NCBI RefSeq assembly: GCF_003704095.1
Contig: NW_020845304.1
Coordinates: 186,001-250,000 of the forward strand
DNA: 64,000 nt
Direction of reading: 5' to 3'
From: Pocillopora damicornis
Taxonomy: Eukaryota
Part shown: in pieces, positions 23,201 to 37,178 of the stretch
Position numbering within the stretch: position 1 is the stretch's first letter
How the letters are laid out: the number at the start of each line of letters is the position of its first letter
The notes under the pieces: model-generated
The model's database searches: none
The model's input: only the letters and a program-made list of their open reading frames with translations
Told to the model about the DNA's origin: nothing
Program-made: the position numbers and the translations under genes

Positions 23201-26200
23201 AATTTCTGTGAAGATTGAATAAGATTTGACTAAAACCAGATTGTAGTTCTTGGACTTAAAAGCCAATAGAATAAAGGTATTTGATAGAACTCAACTTTAA
23301 ACCGTCTTTGCACGCGTGGAGAGTTAACAGTTAATGAAATGTTACACAAAACTAACGGCATGCGAAAAAGGAATATTCCGACGGGTTTGCTTGCCCCCCT
23401 GGTGCTGGTTCTGCTGAGTACATATTTAACTGAAAAGGAATGTTTGGATCTTGGAGTGTGACCTTGGTGTTTTAATTCTGAGGTTAGGATGCAAGCTGAG
23501 CCGTATGTGAGAGTTTACCCCCTTATTGATACCCTCCTACATTGTAGACGGCAGATCAGATCTTAAGAATTATTTTGCTAAAATAGCACATTCACCCATA
23601 TTCGTGAGTTTCCTCGTCTAGTATATTCACTATTATACACCACTGTACAAACAACGGTGAAGAGGACTTCCTTCCATGATAAAATCTTAAATGTTTGTCT
23701 GTTTTATCCGGTAATTAACGTAGTTATCAACCAGGGGGTCTTGTGAGGCATATGAAGATATATACTCACGGCTGAGAGATAAGTCGAAGATAAATGCCGT
23801 GAACTCTAAACAAAGAGAAAAAGGAATTTTGACGTAAATGTGCAAAACAATTTCCTCTTGAAAGAAAGTGGGCAAAGTTGATTTCTTTAGCGGTTTTGTG
23901 GTTACACCCCCCTAATGGGCACACCCGTTAGGTACGGCGTCCTGTTGTCTGGGACGCCTCTTAAACTTGATTCCTAAATGTTTATTTGGCCGGATATGTA
24001 TATTAGATATTTACGAAGGTAGAAATTCATCGACAGCGCAGTTCTGCAAGTATTTTCTCCTTCAAAGAGTTAGATTTTAGTTGCTAGAGTTTTCAGCTGC
24101 AGTGAATATTACTTTACTTTATCTTCACAAAAGATTGCCGAACACCTGAGAGATCTGTATTGTTTGAAATTGTGGTTTTCTCATTTCCGCCTCTATAGAT
24201 AGAGAATCCTTTGTACAAGATGGTTTGACGCATTGAAGCTACGTGCTCAATGATGAATGGTTTGTCATGTTCACAATTATACAAGGAACATGGTTTCATT
24301 GTTTGATTTTATTGCTTCTTTAAGGGAAGAATTTGAATCGGGTGAATCAAGGTCAAACATAATAATGCCTTTGATTGAAACTTCAAGTATGAATAGGGAG
24401 AAGAGGGTTTTTTAATCCTTGTTAGTTTATCTGATGGGTTCTCGAGTCACGAACAACTACATTCACTTGTCGCAACTCTTTTATTAGCCTTTGACAGGTT
24501 TCTGGTTTGTTTACTCGATTGGCTTATGGATGTGTAAAAAGTCACGAATTACGTATATATCTAAAGATCTAAAACTTTGTGGTTCTGTGTATCAGCTTTT
24601 TAATTATCTTCTAAGCAATTATTTAGTTGTAACGGAAACATCATTCATGTTTCACCTCGAAATCTATTTATGTGCTGATAACGAAGTTCCTCTCATCGTT
24701 AATACTTCGCTAAAACATAAATTGGTTTTCTCTCTCAATTGTTTGACAGTTGAAGAGCGTTTGTAGAGAAAATTTCATCAATGTACTAAATATAATCACA
24801 TACTGGAAAGTATGATCTTTGTGGGAGACATTTGAAATCAAGGCCGGTTTTCCCGATTAAATCGCTTCACAAAGGCTCCTTAAAGGATATTACAGATTAC
24901 TTTTACAGAAAGGAAGCGATTTGAACAAACCTTAATCGTACATATTCCTGCTTATAATTCATAGAATAATAAACATGCTTGTGACGCTTTGCGTAATGAT
25001 TAATCTTTTTGACGCGTTATGTTTGCTGAAGCAGATGTTTTTCCGGAGCGTTGAGGAAGTCACGTCCAAACTTTAAACACAGTACATTGATGTAGTTGGG
25101 CCAACTTTGCGGTTTTGTCGTTTAGGGTGTTTTAGAGCGGGGAGCATGCAAGCCTAAATTGTTAGAAAGCATACGCCTTCCGTTAGTTGATATGTAAGAG
25201 ATGATAAACAACCCAGGTGGTAGCTTTCAAGCGGTACTCAGAATTTTTTTCGTTAGGCTAGGAGAGAATCATGATAAGCGCCTAAGTGAATTTACTCTGA
25301 CTTTATCTATGGCTTCTAAATCCACGATTATACCGCTTCTCATTTCGAGCTCCTTGCTCGCTCAGCTCGATTCTTATGCCTACATTCACTGTATTCTGTT
25401 CGTACATAGACAGGATTGGCATGAATTAAAGTTTTGGCACCTTCTGGACCACCTCTGGCTCAGTTGGCTCCAACGCAACATTTTTCTAACTTGGTCGGAA
25501 CAAGGTTTCAAAGGGCCGCTCTAAACGAGCCAAACTTGTTGTGTGTGGCCCAGTAGGATGGTTAGAAATTTTCTACACAGCACATTGATGAAGCTGTGCC
25601 AACTTTGTGGCATTGTCCGATATTGTGTTGTAGAGAAGTAAGCTTACAAGGTCGTCTTGAGAGAATACACATATGCCTTCTGTTAATTAATACGAAAGAG
25701 TCGATACACGACTTAGGTGGGCTAATTTCAGTTTTAGCGGTTCTCAGAAAGTTTTCCTCCAAGTTACGAGACGATCATGAAATGCGCTTACTTACGCTTA
25801 AGTGAATTTACTCTGTCATTACTTCTGATTCAAGAATCCGAGTTAATGCCTCATCGAGCTTTTTGTTTTTTCAGCGCTATTCTTTCTCTTGGATTCACAT
25901 TATTCTGTGGTTCTTACCCAGGATTGTTATGAATCAAAGTTTTTTTCAATTACCGGACCACCCGCTCTGGCACAATTGACACCCACGCAACATTTTTCCT
26001 CAAGGGCTGCTCTGAACGAGCTAAACTTGTTATTTGTGATTCAGTTGGATGGAAAGAAATTTTCTGCTTCTGTAAATGCGCCAATTGTTCCTTGAAAACA
26101 TTTCTGTCATGTTTTCTCATAAGGATCAAAGTTGAAATAACTGCATCATTGTTTCGCAGTAAGATTTTCGTTAATTTCAGCGAAAGTGAATGTTCCTTAA

Positions 26201-26369
26201 AGTTAATCATAACCAAAAGCGAGACTGAGTACCACATACGAAAAAATCCCGTTGAATCTTCTCATTCTTGAAGTTTTGTATCTTGACAGTGTCCCCCACC
26301 CCCTCCCCCCACAATTTTCCACAGCAACTGAGAGACAAGGAGCTGTGAGGTTCACATACTGTGCTTACC

Positions 26370-26580
26370 AGTGGGTTTCAAAGGGGTTAACCGTTAGCCT
26401 TAAAACGGCCGACAAATTTATCTGTTAGGCGTAAAAATTGACAAATTTTTTCCATTGGTCGTTAAAAAAGTTAATCGTAAAATAATTTCTGGTAACAACG
26501 ATGGAAAGATGTTAACTGTTGGCCGTAATTGGTCTAAATTTTAATTGTAAACGTCAACCGTAATAGCCATTGAAACTCTC
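26370..26580. repeat. Interspersed repeat; inverted diverged copy at ~57780-57995
   Basis: TTAGGCGTAAAAATTGACAAAT and AACTGTTGGCCGT here versus ATTTGTCAAATTTTTTCGCCTAA and ACGGCCAACAGTT at 57.8-57.9 kb. Confidence 0.65.
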
Positions 26581-29399
26581 TTACCGCGTAAGCAGCTGGT
26601 TGAAGAAAAAACTCGTTTATCTTTGTAAGGTACCACTTATTCCTATCGATCTTTTTCTCTTTTATTCCCATAAATAAAAATAATTTTCAACACATAAAAG
26701 ATGTCAAGAACATAACTGACGAAGGGACCAAATAACGACTTGACAAATTGACTCCGATTTCTGCCATTGATGCCAAAGACTTTGCGTCCCACTGGTTAGT
26801 CCTAGAATGACTGACTGCATATTACATTATCACCGTACAGTAACCTTTAAGCCTATGTTCAAATGAGTATCACTCGAATGAATTTTCAGGAGAAATAAAC
26901 CAGGTATCTATTGTAGAAAAAGGTTTTTTTTTTCATGTTCGTCCTTCTTTTCACAGACTGCAAAATATTACTTTTAAAAGTTCTTCACGCTTGTACGAGT
27001 TTCACTAAGCCCCGCTGAATTGTGAAGCAAAATTGCGGAACTCTAATATCCTGGATAATAATTCCGTTTCTAATCATCAATGATAGTTGACGTCAATTAA
27101 CAACGTCACAGATTCTCATAGCACGTGGATCTTTTGGAAGTGAGCCCTTTAATGTTCATTTCATGACTTTAAGTACGCGGTTTGCCACTAAACGAAAATT
27201 TCCCCAAGCAGCCGCGCTGTTTGCCCGCGTAGGCGACGTTTTAGTGTGCTCGGGAAAGAATTTGAGCGTCAAAAAAGTCGTGAAGGACGCGAGCCACTGC
27301 GAAAGTCGTGAAGGTTATAAAGAAAGAGCATTCCTATGTGTGTCTGATGGGACTAACATGAGCTTTTAATACCGCTTTGGGCAAAGTCGACTTCACCTAA
27401 TTGCCATTTGTATTGTACCCTGTAAACGCACTGTTCAACTGTAGAAGATTGACGCACAACTATGTGCCTCATTTACTTTGCAGTAACTCAAACAGAGCAA
27501 TTAAACCGTCCTATCTTTGTTTGACGGTTATTGGTGCTTCAATTTTCCAAGCAGGTGCAAACTCACAACGTTGCTATGCGAAAGTTGACGAAGTGGTGAA
27601 AAGCATTGTTCACCTTGTTCACCTTGTTGACCGTATAATCGTGCGATGGGCAATGTGGGTTTTATTTGCTGGAAACTTGAGTTTCTTTTGACGTAGAAAA
27701 ATATTACCTTTGGACTACTCTCGTGGAAGCATTTTCGAAGAGGGTTTCCCTTTTACTTATAAAAAAACATACGTTCCAGTTTTGAACTGGAAATTACTGG
27801 CATGTAATTCAGCAGTGGCCATGCGTTCTTTGTATGTAAGCTTCTCATAATTCGCCTTTTGTCCAATCAAACTTTAACTAGTTAACACATGTAAGTATTT
27901 CAAACAGCAGTGAGGAGTTCGAAGGTAGTCGGATAGAGTTCCACCAAACCCATTCCTTCCAAATTGTATAAAGTCTTAAGATAGAATTCGTTACTTTAGC
28001 GTACTTAACAGAAGTTAGACCTTCTGTTGTTTGACATCTTCTTTGTTCTTGAATATAAAATAAGCGTCGCTTTTTGTTGTAACATCTAAGGATTCATAAA
28101 CAAAGAAAGTCTTTAAACCGATGACCTTTTGACGGCTCTTTCGAATACTGGTGATCATCATTAAGTCCTTTTTAAAAAAAGAAGTTGTCACTAAAATTGC
28201 GTCCAATATAATTTCTTTTTTTCACTAAGCTTTCGGGGGATTAAACGCAAACCAATCAGGAAGAAATAATTCCTCGTATTTCATGCTTTGGCATGCAATA
28301 CAGCTTTAAGGCTAATCGTTTTCGAACTTTTCACCTAGGTAACAGCCAATATTAGCAACGTGGTCTGTAAAGTCAACAAACAGGTTTCAAACCATACATC
28401 TTTTACAAAATGATAAATATTTTCCTGTGAACCCGATAATAACAATAAGCATTGATCTTCCGAGGCGACGCAGCTCTGTGGTACTGATTAATTTGACAGC
28501 GCGCCCTTACCCGGGCAGATGTTAAAAATGCGTTTGGCACGGGTGGGACATTAACTGGCTTGTCATGCAGTACCAGCTGCGGCAGGTTTTGCTGAGTAAG
28601 TTTTATTGAGGCGGTACTGACACTTGTCGACTGGTCTGCAAATCTAATAAAGATTTCTAAATAATTGAATTTAAAATGAAAACAAAACACACAAAAAACG
28701 TTAATGAACCTTTGTAGTGGGTCAAAACCTACGGCTTGGCCAAATTAACTAGCAATACATCTGCCGGGATTCCGAGTGTTAAACTGCGCTCAAGATTCAA
28801 GTTTCGCCTTTTTCGAAGTTCACGATCCATAGAACTGTCTAAATTAAACAAGATAATTCGCCCATTCACAATGTGCCCTATTGAATAGCGTGACATAACA
28901 TGGGCACCTTTAATGCACCTTCTGTAGTGTAATTAGCCATTGATACTTGGTAAGTGACAATTCTTCACGGATAGCACTGGTTTTAAAGTTTCGTTTTAAC
29001 TCTCCGTTCCCGTAACACAGACTAAGTGAGCTGATATTTCGAGACATTTGTAGTAACTGCCTGTGAACATGGCACAAGAACTGAGACACGTGTTGATATA
29101 GACTGCCTTTTTTGCAATCGCTTTAATGAGTTTGAATAAGCTTTAGCAGGTCTCCTTTTAAGTCAAGAATGAATTTTTCAGGTGACTCTGTTTAATTTCT
29201 GGTTGTTGACGTTGCTTTTAGCTGGTGTCCGGAATTTTAAGGAAATTATTTCACAATTTGCAAACCCCCGAAAATCCTGGTAATGCTGTACACAATGGCT
29301 CCAGCTTTGGACTTATAGATGACAGTCACTGTCGGACCTTTGACACTTTTTGAAAAGTTATATCCTACAAGGCAATTGAAACTTTTTGGTTTGTGAACG

Positions 29400-29955
29400 A
29401 AATACCACCATGTGAATCTTTACATTAACTTAAAGCTCAGCTGATGAGTCTTTTGTACTTTATTGTTAAAAGCGTATATTGTGAATTCAAATGAAAGCTT
29501 TTTAACAGTCCTTTCATTCCGTGGTACTGTTTATTACTCTTCACAAGGTGATTCTGACTGTAAAATTTGTGGGTAAAAGCCGAGCACTGGCGTGGGTTAC
29601 CATTCAAATGAAAGCTGCGGGGCAGTTTCTTTATGTGGAACTGTTTATTATGCTGTCGATAAATTACTACTGTGTGATTATTCAAATGCAAGCTGCGAAA
29701 AGTTTTTTTTTTTCAGGTGGAACTGTTCATCATGCTGTGAACAAAGTGGTTCGAACTCAAAAGTCCAAGCGTGTCTCTATTCAAATGAAAGCTGAACATG
29801 TTGAGCAGCGCTTTCTTGTGGTTTTGCAGAGTGACTCCGAAATTAGCATTAAAGTCTGTCGATGAAACCCCAGTGTGTGTAAACGTCTATACGAAAGCTG
29901 ACGAACAGTACTTTCATATGGTGCGGTTCATTGCTCACTATTGTGCCAAAGTGTA
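29400..29955. repeat. Degenerate tandem satellite with ATTCAAATGAAAGCT core (units ~80-120 bp)
   Basis: ATTCAAATGAAAGCT-like cores near 29485, 29602, 29680 and 29779, each followed by GTGGTACTGTT/GTGGAACTGTT-like sequence; related units at ~7400-7570. Confidence 0.78.
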
Positions 29956-32461
29956 TGCAATTATCTTTTGTAGTAAGCTTAAGCTCTCTTAGTGGTAAGG
30001 ATCAATAGAGTCTGTTTTGGCAGGTATCACGCGTACGAAAAACTGAATTGGGCACCTGTAAAGCTTCGCTAAGAGCTTACGGCAACTTCTACAGAACCAA
30101 TTCTCATTGTGTAAAGAAGTTCCGGTTAAAAATCACCGATCATCCATACAGATAATCAATAAAACCGAAAAAAATAATGTGGAACTATTTCTGTAACCAT
30201 GTGAATTTGATTTCAAACGGTTTCACCCACATTTCTGATTTTACCTCGATCCTTAGAACCAGAAAGCGGCCCGCAGGGTGAAAATGCTGTTGTGGCAGTT
30301 TTACTTCTACTTTTAAGCTATTTGAATTTGGATATTATGTTTAGATACTGGTATGTTAAAAAAAATAATCTTCCTAATTTTTATAGTCATTTCAATTGAC
30401 CGGGAGTCCATTAGTTTTGTACACACTGACGCTGTACAAAAGCAAGAGTTACATGTGCGTAGCATTCAAGAAAGGAGATACAAATCTTCTTCGTCTTCAA
30501 TCTGCTATCTGTTGCGTCCTCTCACTAACCAGTCATTGCGGCGTCCTTCGATCTGGAGCTCTTTTCCGGCAAATCTAAACTGTGTTGGAACTCTGTAGAT
30601 GGTCTTACAAGGACTGAGAGCAACCGAATTGATATTTGGCGAGTTTTGAGATTTTCAACGAAGGAAAAAGTACGGAAGAAGTGTAAAGAGATTAAAATAA
30701 TGTATTCTAACTTTTTCCTCGTGGTATACCGGCGGTTTTATTTTTAAGAAAAAAATTACGGCTAAACATGAAACACGAGATGCTGGTTTTTCAGAGAGCA
30801 CCTTTTGACGCTTTCTGGGATTGTCATTTAGCTCCATAGGAGTTGCACTCAATCGAGATTAGTTTCCTGTTTTTTCGTTTTACATTCCCGCTGTATCATG
30901 TCAAAGTTAATAAAGAAACGGTATCTTTTTGCCCGAAATCATTGTTTTCACAAATATTACTACGATTGCCATATTATATTCTATTTTTTTTTCGTTATAT
31001 TGTGTCCGCCTGAACTGTGGAAACTGATAACGGAAGTATTATAAGAACGCCATTAACATGACACTTAATATAACTGTCGAGTTTCGCATAACTGTTTAAA
31101 ATGAAAACAAGATTTAAAATGGCGGAAAGAAAATTCAATGCTTAATTTAATCTTGGACAGAAATGTAAGTTTCGAAATTTGGTATAAAACGCTGATTTTG
31201 ATTGGAAGAGAGAAAAGCGTCCCTCGTAACAACTTGTGGAAGTTCAAATCCGCTTAGTTGGAAAGATACTTTGACCCCCCTAGCTTGTCTGCCTTCATAT
31301 AATTAAGGATTGAAAAGAAGTGTATTTAATATCCTCTTAATCGTTTTAAAGCTGTTTCTCGTGTTCTTTGGAGATTCTTCGCGAAACACATATTTGTTAT
31401 ATCTCATTTACCGGCGAATTGCTCAAGATTTTAGCGTTGCGAGCCAGTAGTATTCGTAGCAAAAGTATTCGTATTTCAGCATTCAGAAATCCTGTTGGTC
31501 GACGGAACAACTGAATGTGAATACAGAATAAAGACTGTGAAAACAGGAGAATATATTGTTATTTTTCAGAAAAAAACTGAAGCAAACTTCAAAAGAATTT
31601 GAACTTGTACGATTGGATCACACAATAGGATATGAGATGGTTCTTAAACGTGCAACGCCGCAAAACTTTATCTTCCTAACAAATCGTTTCTGATAAGCTG
31701 AAAGTCCTAATCACTCAGTCGATACGAAATTTCATCCAGTTGAAGTAGGTGCCTATTGAGAGCGGAACAAACTTTATCGGATACAATAACATGACTGACT
31801 CAAAGACAATCGATATTTTGTGACCATATATAGCACAAAAGCTTCTTATCCTTTTCCTCTTTTAGGAATCGCGTGCACTGAACGGAAATACCAAAACAAT
31901 TGTAAAGGTACAAGAGTATTCAAGTTAATCAAGGCTAAGGTATTCATGACAACCTCGTGTTTCCGTTTCAAGGTTTGAAGGCACATGGTGAAGAAATATA
32001 CGGAACAAAAAACTCCAAAACAATTCCACTTTCGATCAAGGGTCGAAAACACCATACAGAGTTTGAGCTTATCACTAAAAAGGTTGTCGACAAGTCTGAG
32101 ACGCACTCGAGAGCTCGTCAAGACTTTGTAACTTTTCTAAAGGATTACGTCTTTTGTTTGCAAAACAAAAAGAAATTGCGAGCAAAACAAGTCATTAGTA
32201 TTTGATTTAATAGTTATCTTTATTGTGAACACATTTTTCTGTATAAACTTTCAGTAGTAAAAATATGTTTTTCCTCAAACTTTATAATATACATATGTTT
32301 CTTTTTACAATTTCACTCGTATACACAAACCTTTTGTACAAGGTTATTATTTACATATTTGATTCGATTCAGTACAAAAATATAACTTTCATGGCAACTC
32401 AAAAGGTGAAGTGATTCTCAGATTAATCCTGAATAAGTCAGCAAAGTTTATATTCATTTAT

Positions 32462-33737
32462 CTACCATGGCCTCCAAAGAGTAGCGCTTTGAGCCGGAGT
32501 CATATGCCTAGGTTGTTGCTGTGAAGAGATGTTAAATCCCGGATCTCGTGTTCTGCACGTCGAAGCAGGCGATAAATCACGAGTCACGCCGCTCGAAGAT
32601 ACCGATAAAACAGGTGAAACTTGAAGTGGAGATGGTGGAGGAGACGGAAAAGGGATCATGACAGGTTTTAAGGGTGCCATGTACCGAAGATTATCCGGGC
32701 TGAAGACAGGGACAGCGTTTGGGACGTTTCCTTGGCAACGCGATGCGACATGCGCGAGGAAATTTTCTCTAAGTTCATCATTGGCTTCGAGTGACGTCAT
32801 TTTCCTGGAGAGCTCCGCAGAACATTGCAAGTAATTTGCTCTGAATTCTGGCAAATTAGCGGTATCCAGTGCTGAAAGATGAAAGTGATTTTTCATGAGT
32901 CACACTCGACAATAAGCATGGTGATCGACCAGTCAGTAACTCTCCCTTAGGAGAAGATGTGTAACTGTCGAGGTCACGGGAAAAAAACGAACAAACAGAC
33001 AAAAAAAAAACGAATCGTTCATCTTAAGGAGTGATGAAACTTCGACACAACCTAGTTTAAAATTTGGGATGGGAAATTGATCTAGAAAAACAAATCCCTA
33101 AAGTCGAATTTCTGTTCTAAAAAATGAATCGTTGGATATTTGACATATAAATATTGATGATAAATCATCTCTTTAATGACTGGTGACAAAGATAGACTTA
33201 AACAGTATTTATTACAAACGATCTTAAGACAAATTATTAATAAAAATACCTTGGTGTTTTTGCTCCAATCTTTTACGTTCCCGTAGATAATGAACTGTCA
33301 TTTCTAAAACATCAGCTTTCTCCATTTTCGAATACCGAGATGCCTTAAAAAATAATGTGAAATTAATTGTAAGTAAATATTCTCCAATGAATCCTAAACA
33401 ACGTCAGCTGGACGAATTCAAATCTTACAAATTAGAATTTTACAGATTAGTGACTCACATCTTTATTCAATGCTTCGAGAATAAGAGTTTTCAACTCATT
33501 CAAGCTGTCATTAATCCTTGCTCGTCTCATTTTCTCCATGAGAGGTTTTTTCGCCTGGGGAATATAATAACATTTGATTAAACATCATTCACAAGTGATA
33601 TGATAGGTATAAAATGTTTATAAATATTGCGCTGTTCAGTAATTGACGCAGAACAGAATTTAGCCCACCTTTCGTTTTTCACTCAAAATTTTGCTGACGT
33701 AGTCCGAAGGTTGATTGCAGAAATTTGCTGTCGCCAT
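32462..33737 (-). CDS. HES: HES-a: Hairy/E(spl) family bHLH-Orange-WRPW repressor, ~222 aa
   Basis: Exons 33737-33669, 33554-33459, 33343-33250, 32871-32462. EKRK|[32 protein letters not shown]|[20 protein letters not shown]; diverged Orange ([13 protein letters not shown]...FLAHVAS); ends WRPW*. Confidence 0.96.
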
Positions 33738-33822
33738 CTTGGATCGAGTTGAAAAATTGTGACCTTAGCTGTGTACTGATCGAGCGCAATTTGCGTGTGG
33801 CGGTCGTGTGCCAAACATTCAC

Positions 33823-34072
33823 TTTTTATGGCAGCCTCCGTGGGAAAATTCTTTCGGCCTTGTGTCATCAATCGCAAATATTTACCCTCGCATTTACAAG
33901 GACAATAACCATAACAGCTGAGAACAATACAACTGACCTTTACAATAGGTAGGTCGTGGGAACAGTCTCTTCTGATTGGTCAGTTTCTTGAGTCGCACGA
34001 CAAACTGCAGGAACAAAGCTTAAACGTCGCCATCCGCTCGTGACGAGCGTGAGACCGGTCCACACTGATTGG
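33823..34072 (-). promoter_or_regulatory. HES-a promoter: TATA-like box, Su(H)/CSL sites, N-box, two CCAAT boxes
   Basis: CATAAAAA 33830-33823; CGTGGGAA 33839-33846 and 33955-33962; CACAAG (rev) 33859-33864; CGTGAGAC 34048-34055; ATTGG at 33975 and 34068. Confidence 0.82.
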
Positions 34073-36971
34073 CTGAGAGCACAAGCAGCGCCTGTGTTGA
34101 ATTACTTACAAAAAAGACAGTATACACAAGCTGAAAACAAAAGATCTACATTTGGAGTGCCTCGCTGAAAGACCGCGGAGAGGCCAAACAGAAGAGAATC
34201 ATTTTTCAACGGAAGATTGTCTAGCTCCTTGACATGTTTCTCTGCCACGAGGTTATCGCACTGACGTGTTGAAAACGTGATAAGTTTTTAATGGTTTTCC
34301 TGCGGGGCGTTTAGACACTCATTTACACAACTGTATTTAAATGAGGAGTCGCTAGTAGAGCGTAAAATGACATGCACGTGCTACTTCTTTTCACGGCGTC
34401 CAAATCCATTGTCACTTCTTTCATTTGTACTTGGATTGTCTCGGCGCAAGAATTACTCTGCGGTTTACATGGTGGATTTTCATGACAATAGAACTCGGAT
34501 CTTTCCCACGGTCTTAGAATAAAGAACATTTTTTCACTATCTATGCGTTATTATTCACGCTGTTGGAGTTTTGTCATGTTAAAACACAACCACGAGAACA
34601 GTAAAAGGAACTAAGTAAACTCTAAGTGCGCTTTGAAGGGCTCTTATGTCAAGTTTATTAAGAAAATGTTTTCAAGGCATGGTCAAAGGGCATTGGGTAT
34701 GGCTTCGATTTCGGTTGTTTTTTGTCTGGTTCAGGAGAAAAATATTTTTTGATTCGCAACTGACAACAAAATATCTCCTGACACGTGCCACCCCACGCAG
34801 ACAGGAAAGCAAAAGCGGAACTTGTCATTACAAATCAAATTTCGGAATTAAAATTCCAAAGACTTGGGCGGCTAAATATTAAATCTTGTCCGTCTCGGCT
34901 TAGCATGCTTTGCTCTATCATTAGAAAATGTTTAAGCGTATTAATTACATCGGCAAATGATTTTCAAAAGAAGCAAATATATGTGACGAGTAAAGCTGAC
35001 GTGTGTAAATTCACGTTTGCCACCCGCGAGAAGTCTACAAATGCCGTATCCGACTTTTATCAGAAGGGTAATATCACCTTTTCTCAGACAAGCCGTGTGG
35101 TTTACAGTTCATAAAGTTCAGTCTCATTTATCAATACAATCGCAAAGTGACAGATATGTTATTGTTTTCAACCACTTTGTTTTAGTTCCGGTAAATTATT
35201 ACTAAATGTTTCATCAATGAGGAATGGAATTTCTTTGAACCCAAACAGCCACATTCTCCGCCGCTAAATAAGCGATTCAGAGACGTTGACATCAAAAGGA
35301 AGTCTTATGGATTCCTCTAAATATTCCCCTAAATAGTTAACAAATTCGTGGGAGCGCGGGAGATGAGAGATCGGTCATACATACTGAATTCAGTCGTGTG
35401 GCCTTTTTACCATAAAGCATTTTTTTGTGCTTGAAAATTTTGTGAGACAACATAGCCGTTTGTCCATTAAATTGTTTTAAAAGGAATACTATGATTTTTG
35501 CGATCGATCTGCAGTTCTGAATGTGGCGGCTTGTGCTGCTAAAAAGTCTTGAAAACGGGTTAAGTAGATTTGAAGATTTGTAAGGGCATTGATGTTTGTT
35601 AGTTTGTGCCAAAATTTGGAGGTACCTTTATTGACGATCAATAACAGTAGAATTAAATGATGTAAGTTTATTGAGTTCTGATTCGACGCTACCGCACAGT
35701 TCCAACTAAGTTAGGTCTTCAATAGGTATTTGTCCCAGTTTCAGACGAAAGTTTTTTTTCTGCAAAATAGGCATAAATAGCAAAGACACTTGAAATTAGT
35801 TCTTGACAACATTATTCAAGCGTTTCATACGCGTTGAAAAGTGCGCTCTAGTAAGCGTGCGCTGAGCGCGGCTCGCGTGCCGTTTTTACGACATAAAACC
35901 GCAAGTCTTCTGTCGTGCTCTAGAATCCATCAAATGCCGTTTTCTTGAAGGAATTACCAACCTTGGTCGTGCTTTCGACTCACACAAGAATGCAAACGGA
36001 TTTGAGATTACGAAATATTTTCTTTTCAAGTTTACTTTCTAGAGCGGGAAGTCTGTGACGTTTGATATAATATCAGTGTTATTATAACCAAACATCTCCT
36101 TTCAAAAGGTGAGCCAGGCATTAGAAACTCACCGACATCAACAAACAACTTATTAACAAGCAAGAAATGAATGTTTTCTCGTTCACTTTCGTGCCAGGCT
36201 ACTAATCCTTTTCGACACAATAAATTCTGTATTTGAGAAAGCCGCTCAATAAACAAGGATTTGTTGAAGCGCAGACGAGATTATGGTTCAGATGTTTGAC
36301 CTGTCTCTTAATTGGTGCGTACCACTTCCCAAAAATCTGATACCCGTGTGACAGTCCAAAAGAAAGATCAGTTGTTGTTTTATTAATGCTAAGGGCGCTG
36401 ATGCGGAATGAATATCTACAGGAGTTCTTAGCGGGGTTGAAATAAACAGTGTAATTGTTACAAGCAAACAGCTACTTGGGAAAAACATTCAGCTTAGCTT
36501 GTAGCTTCACAGGAACTCAGTCTTACGTGAAAAAATGAAAAAGAAAAGCACAGGCATGTGCAGTTCTTTGTTCCGTTTTGTTCAAATTCCTTTGAATTCG
36601 GCTTTCTGAAAGAGGCGGCAATGAGATATTGGAGAGTGCATCTGCAGGCTACAGAGTTGTGTTTTTATACCTTGCCTACTGAAATATCGTCAAAACGATT
36701 CTTTCACCTTTTTTATGCTTTAAAACAACTCTTATAGATTCGTCCTCTTGAATCTAGAAAGATTTGAATGAAACTAGTTTTCTAAGCTCAGCTTATAGTT
36801 TTTTTAAGAAACAAATTCAAAGGGGCCACTTAACACACCATTTGTATACAACAGTAGCTGGTATTTTCTACTCAAATAATAGCAACAACATTTTAAAAGC
36901 AATAATTTTCCATTACATTAAGGCTCAGTTGTAAAGTATATTTCCCTAAGAACCCTTCACTGACTGTCGTA

Positions 36972-37178
36972 CCAACAGCAAAAGTCCGAGAGTCAACTTG
37001 AACCCAAATGGCTGCGTTGTGCAGTCGCTGGAGTCAATAATTTGGAATTAAATCAGTGTGGTCGTCCAGAACTCCAACAACAAAGTCCGAGAGTCAACTT
37101 GAAGCCCAAACGGCTGTGTTGTGCAGTCGCTGAGGTCAATAATTTTGGAATTGAATTATTTAATTAAATCCAGAACTC
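36972..37178. repeat. Two-copy ~102-bp tandem duplication
   Basis: AAAGTCCGAGAGTCAACTTGAA(G)CCCAAA(T/C)GGCTG(C/T)GTTGTGCAGTCGCTG...GTCAATAATTT occurs in units starting at 36972 and 37074. Confidence 0.9.

Noticed and set aside
29400-29955. CRISPR-like array and overlapping ORFs
   Set aside because: Eukaryotic context, degenerate units with related 'spacers', no cas genes; it is a satellite.
30353-30598. 81-aa ORF with hydrophobic N-terminus (secreted peptide?)
   Set aside because: The hydrophobic stretch comes from T/A-rich sequence; no supporting motifs or exon chain.
32348-32355. Pumilio elements in HES 3' UTRs (TGTAAATA in a; TGTATATA at 50160-50153 in d)
   Set aside because: Present in only two of five UTRs and expected by chance in AT-rich sequence. 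No shared K/Brd/GY-box pattern noticed either.
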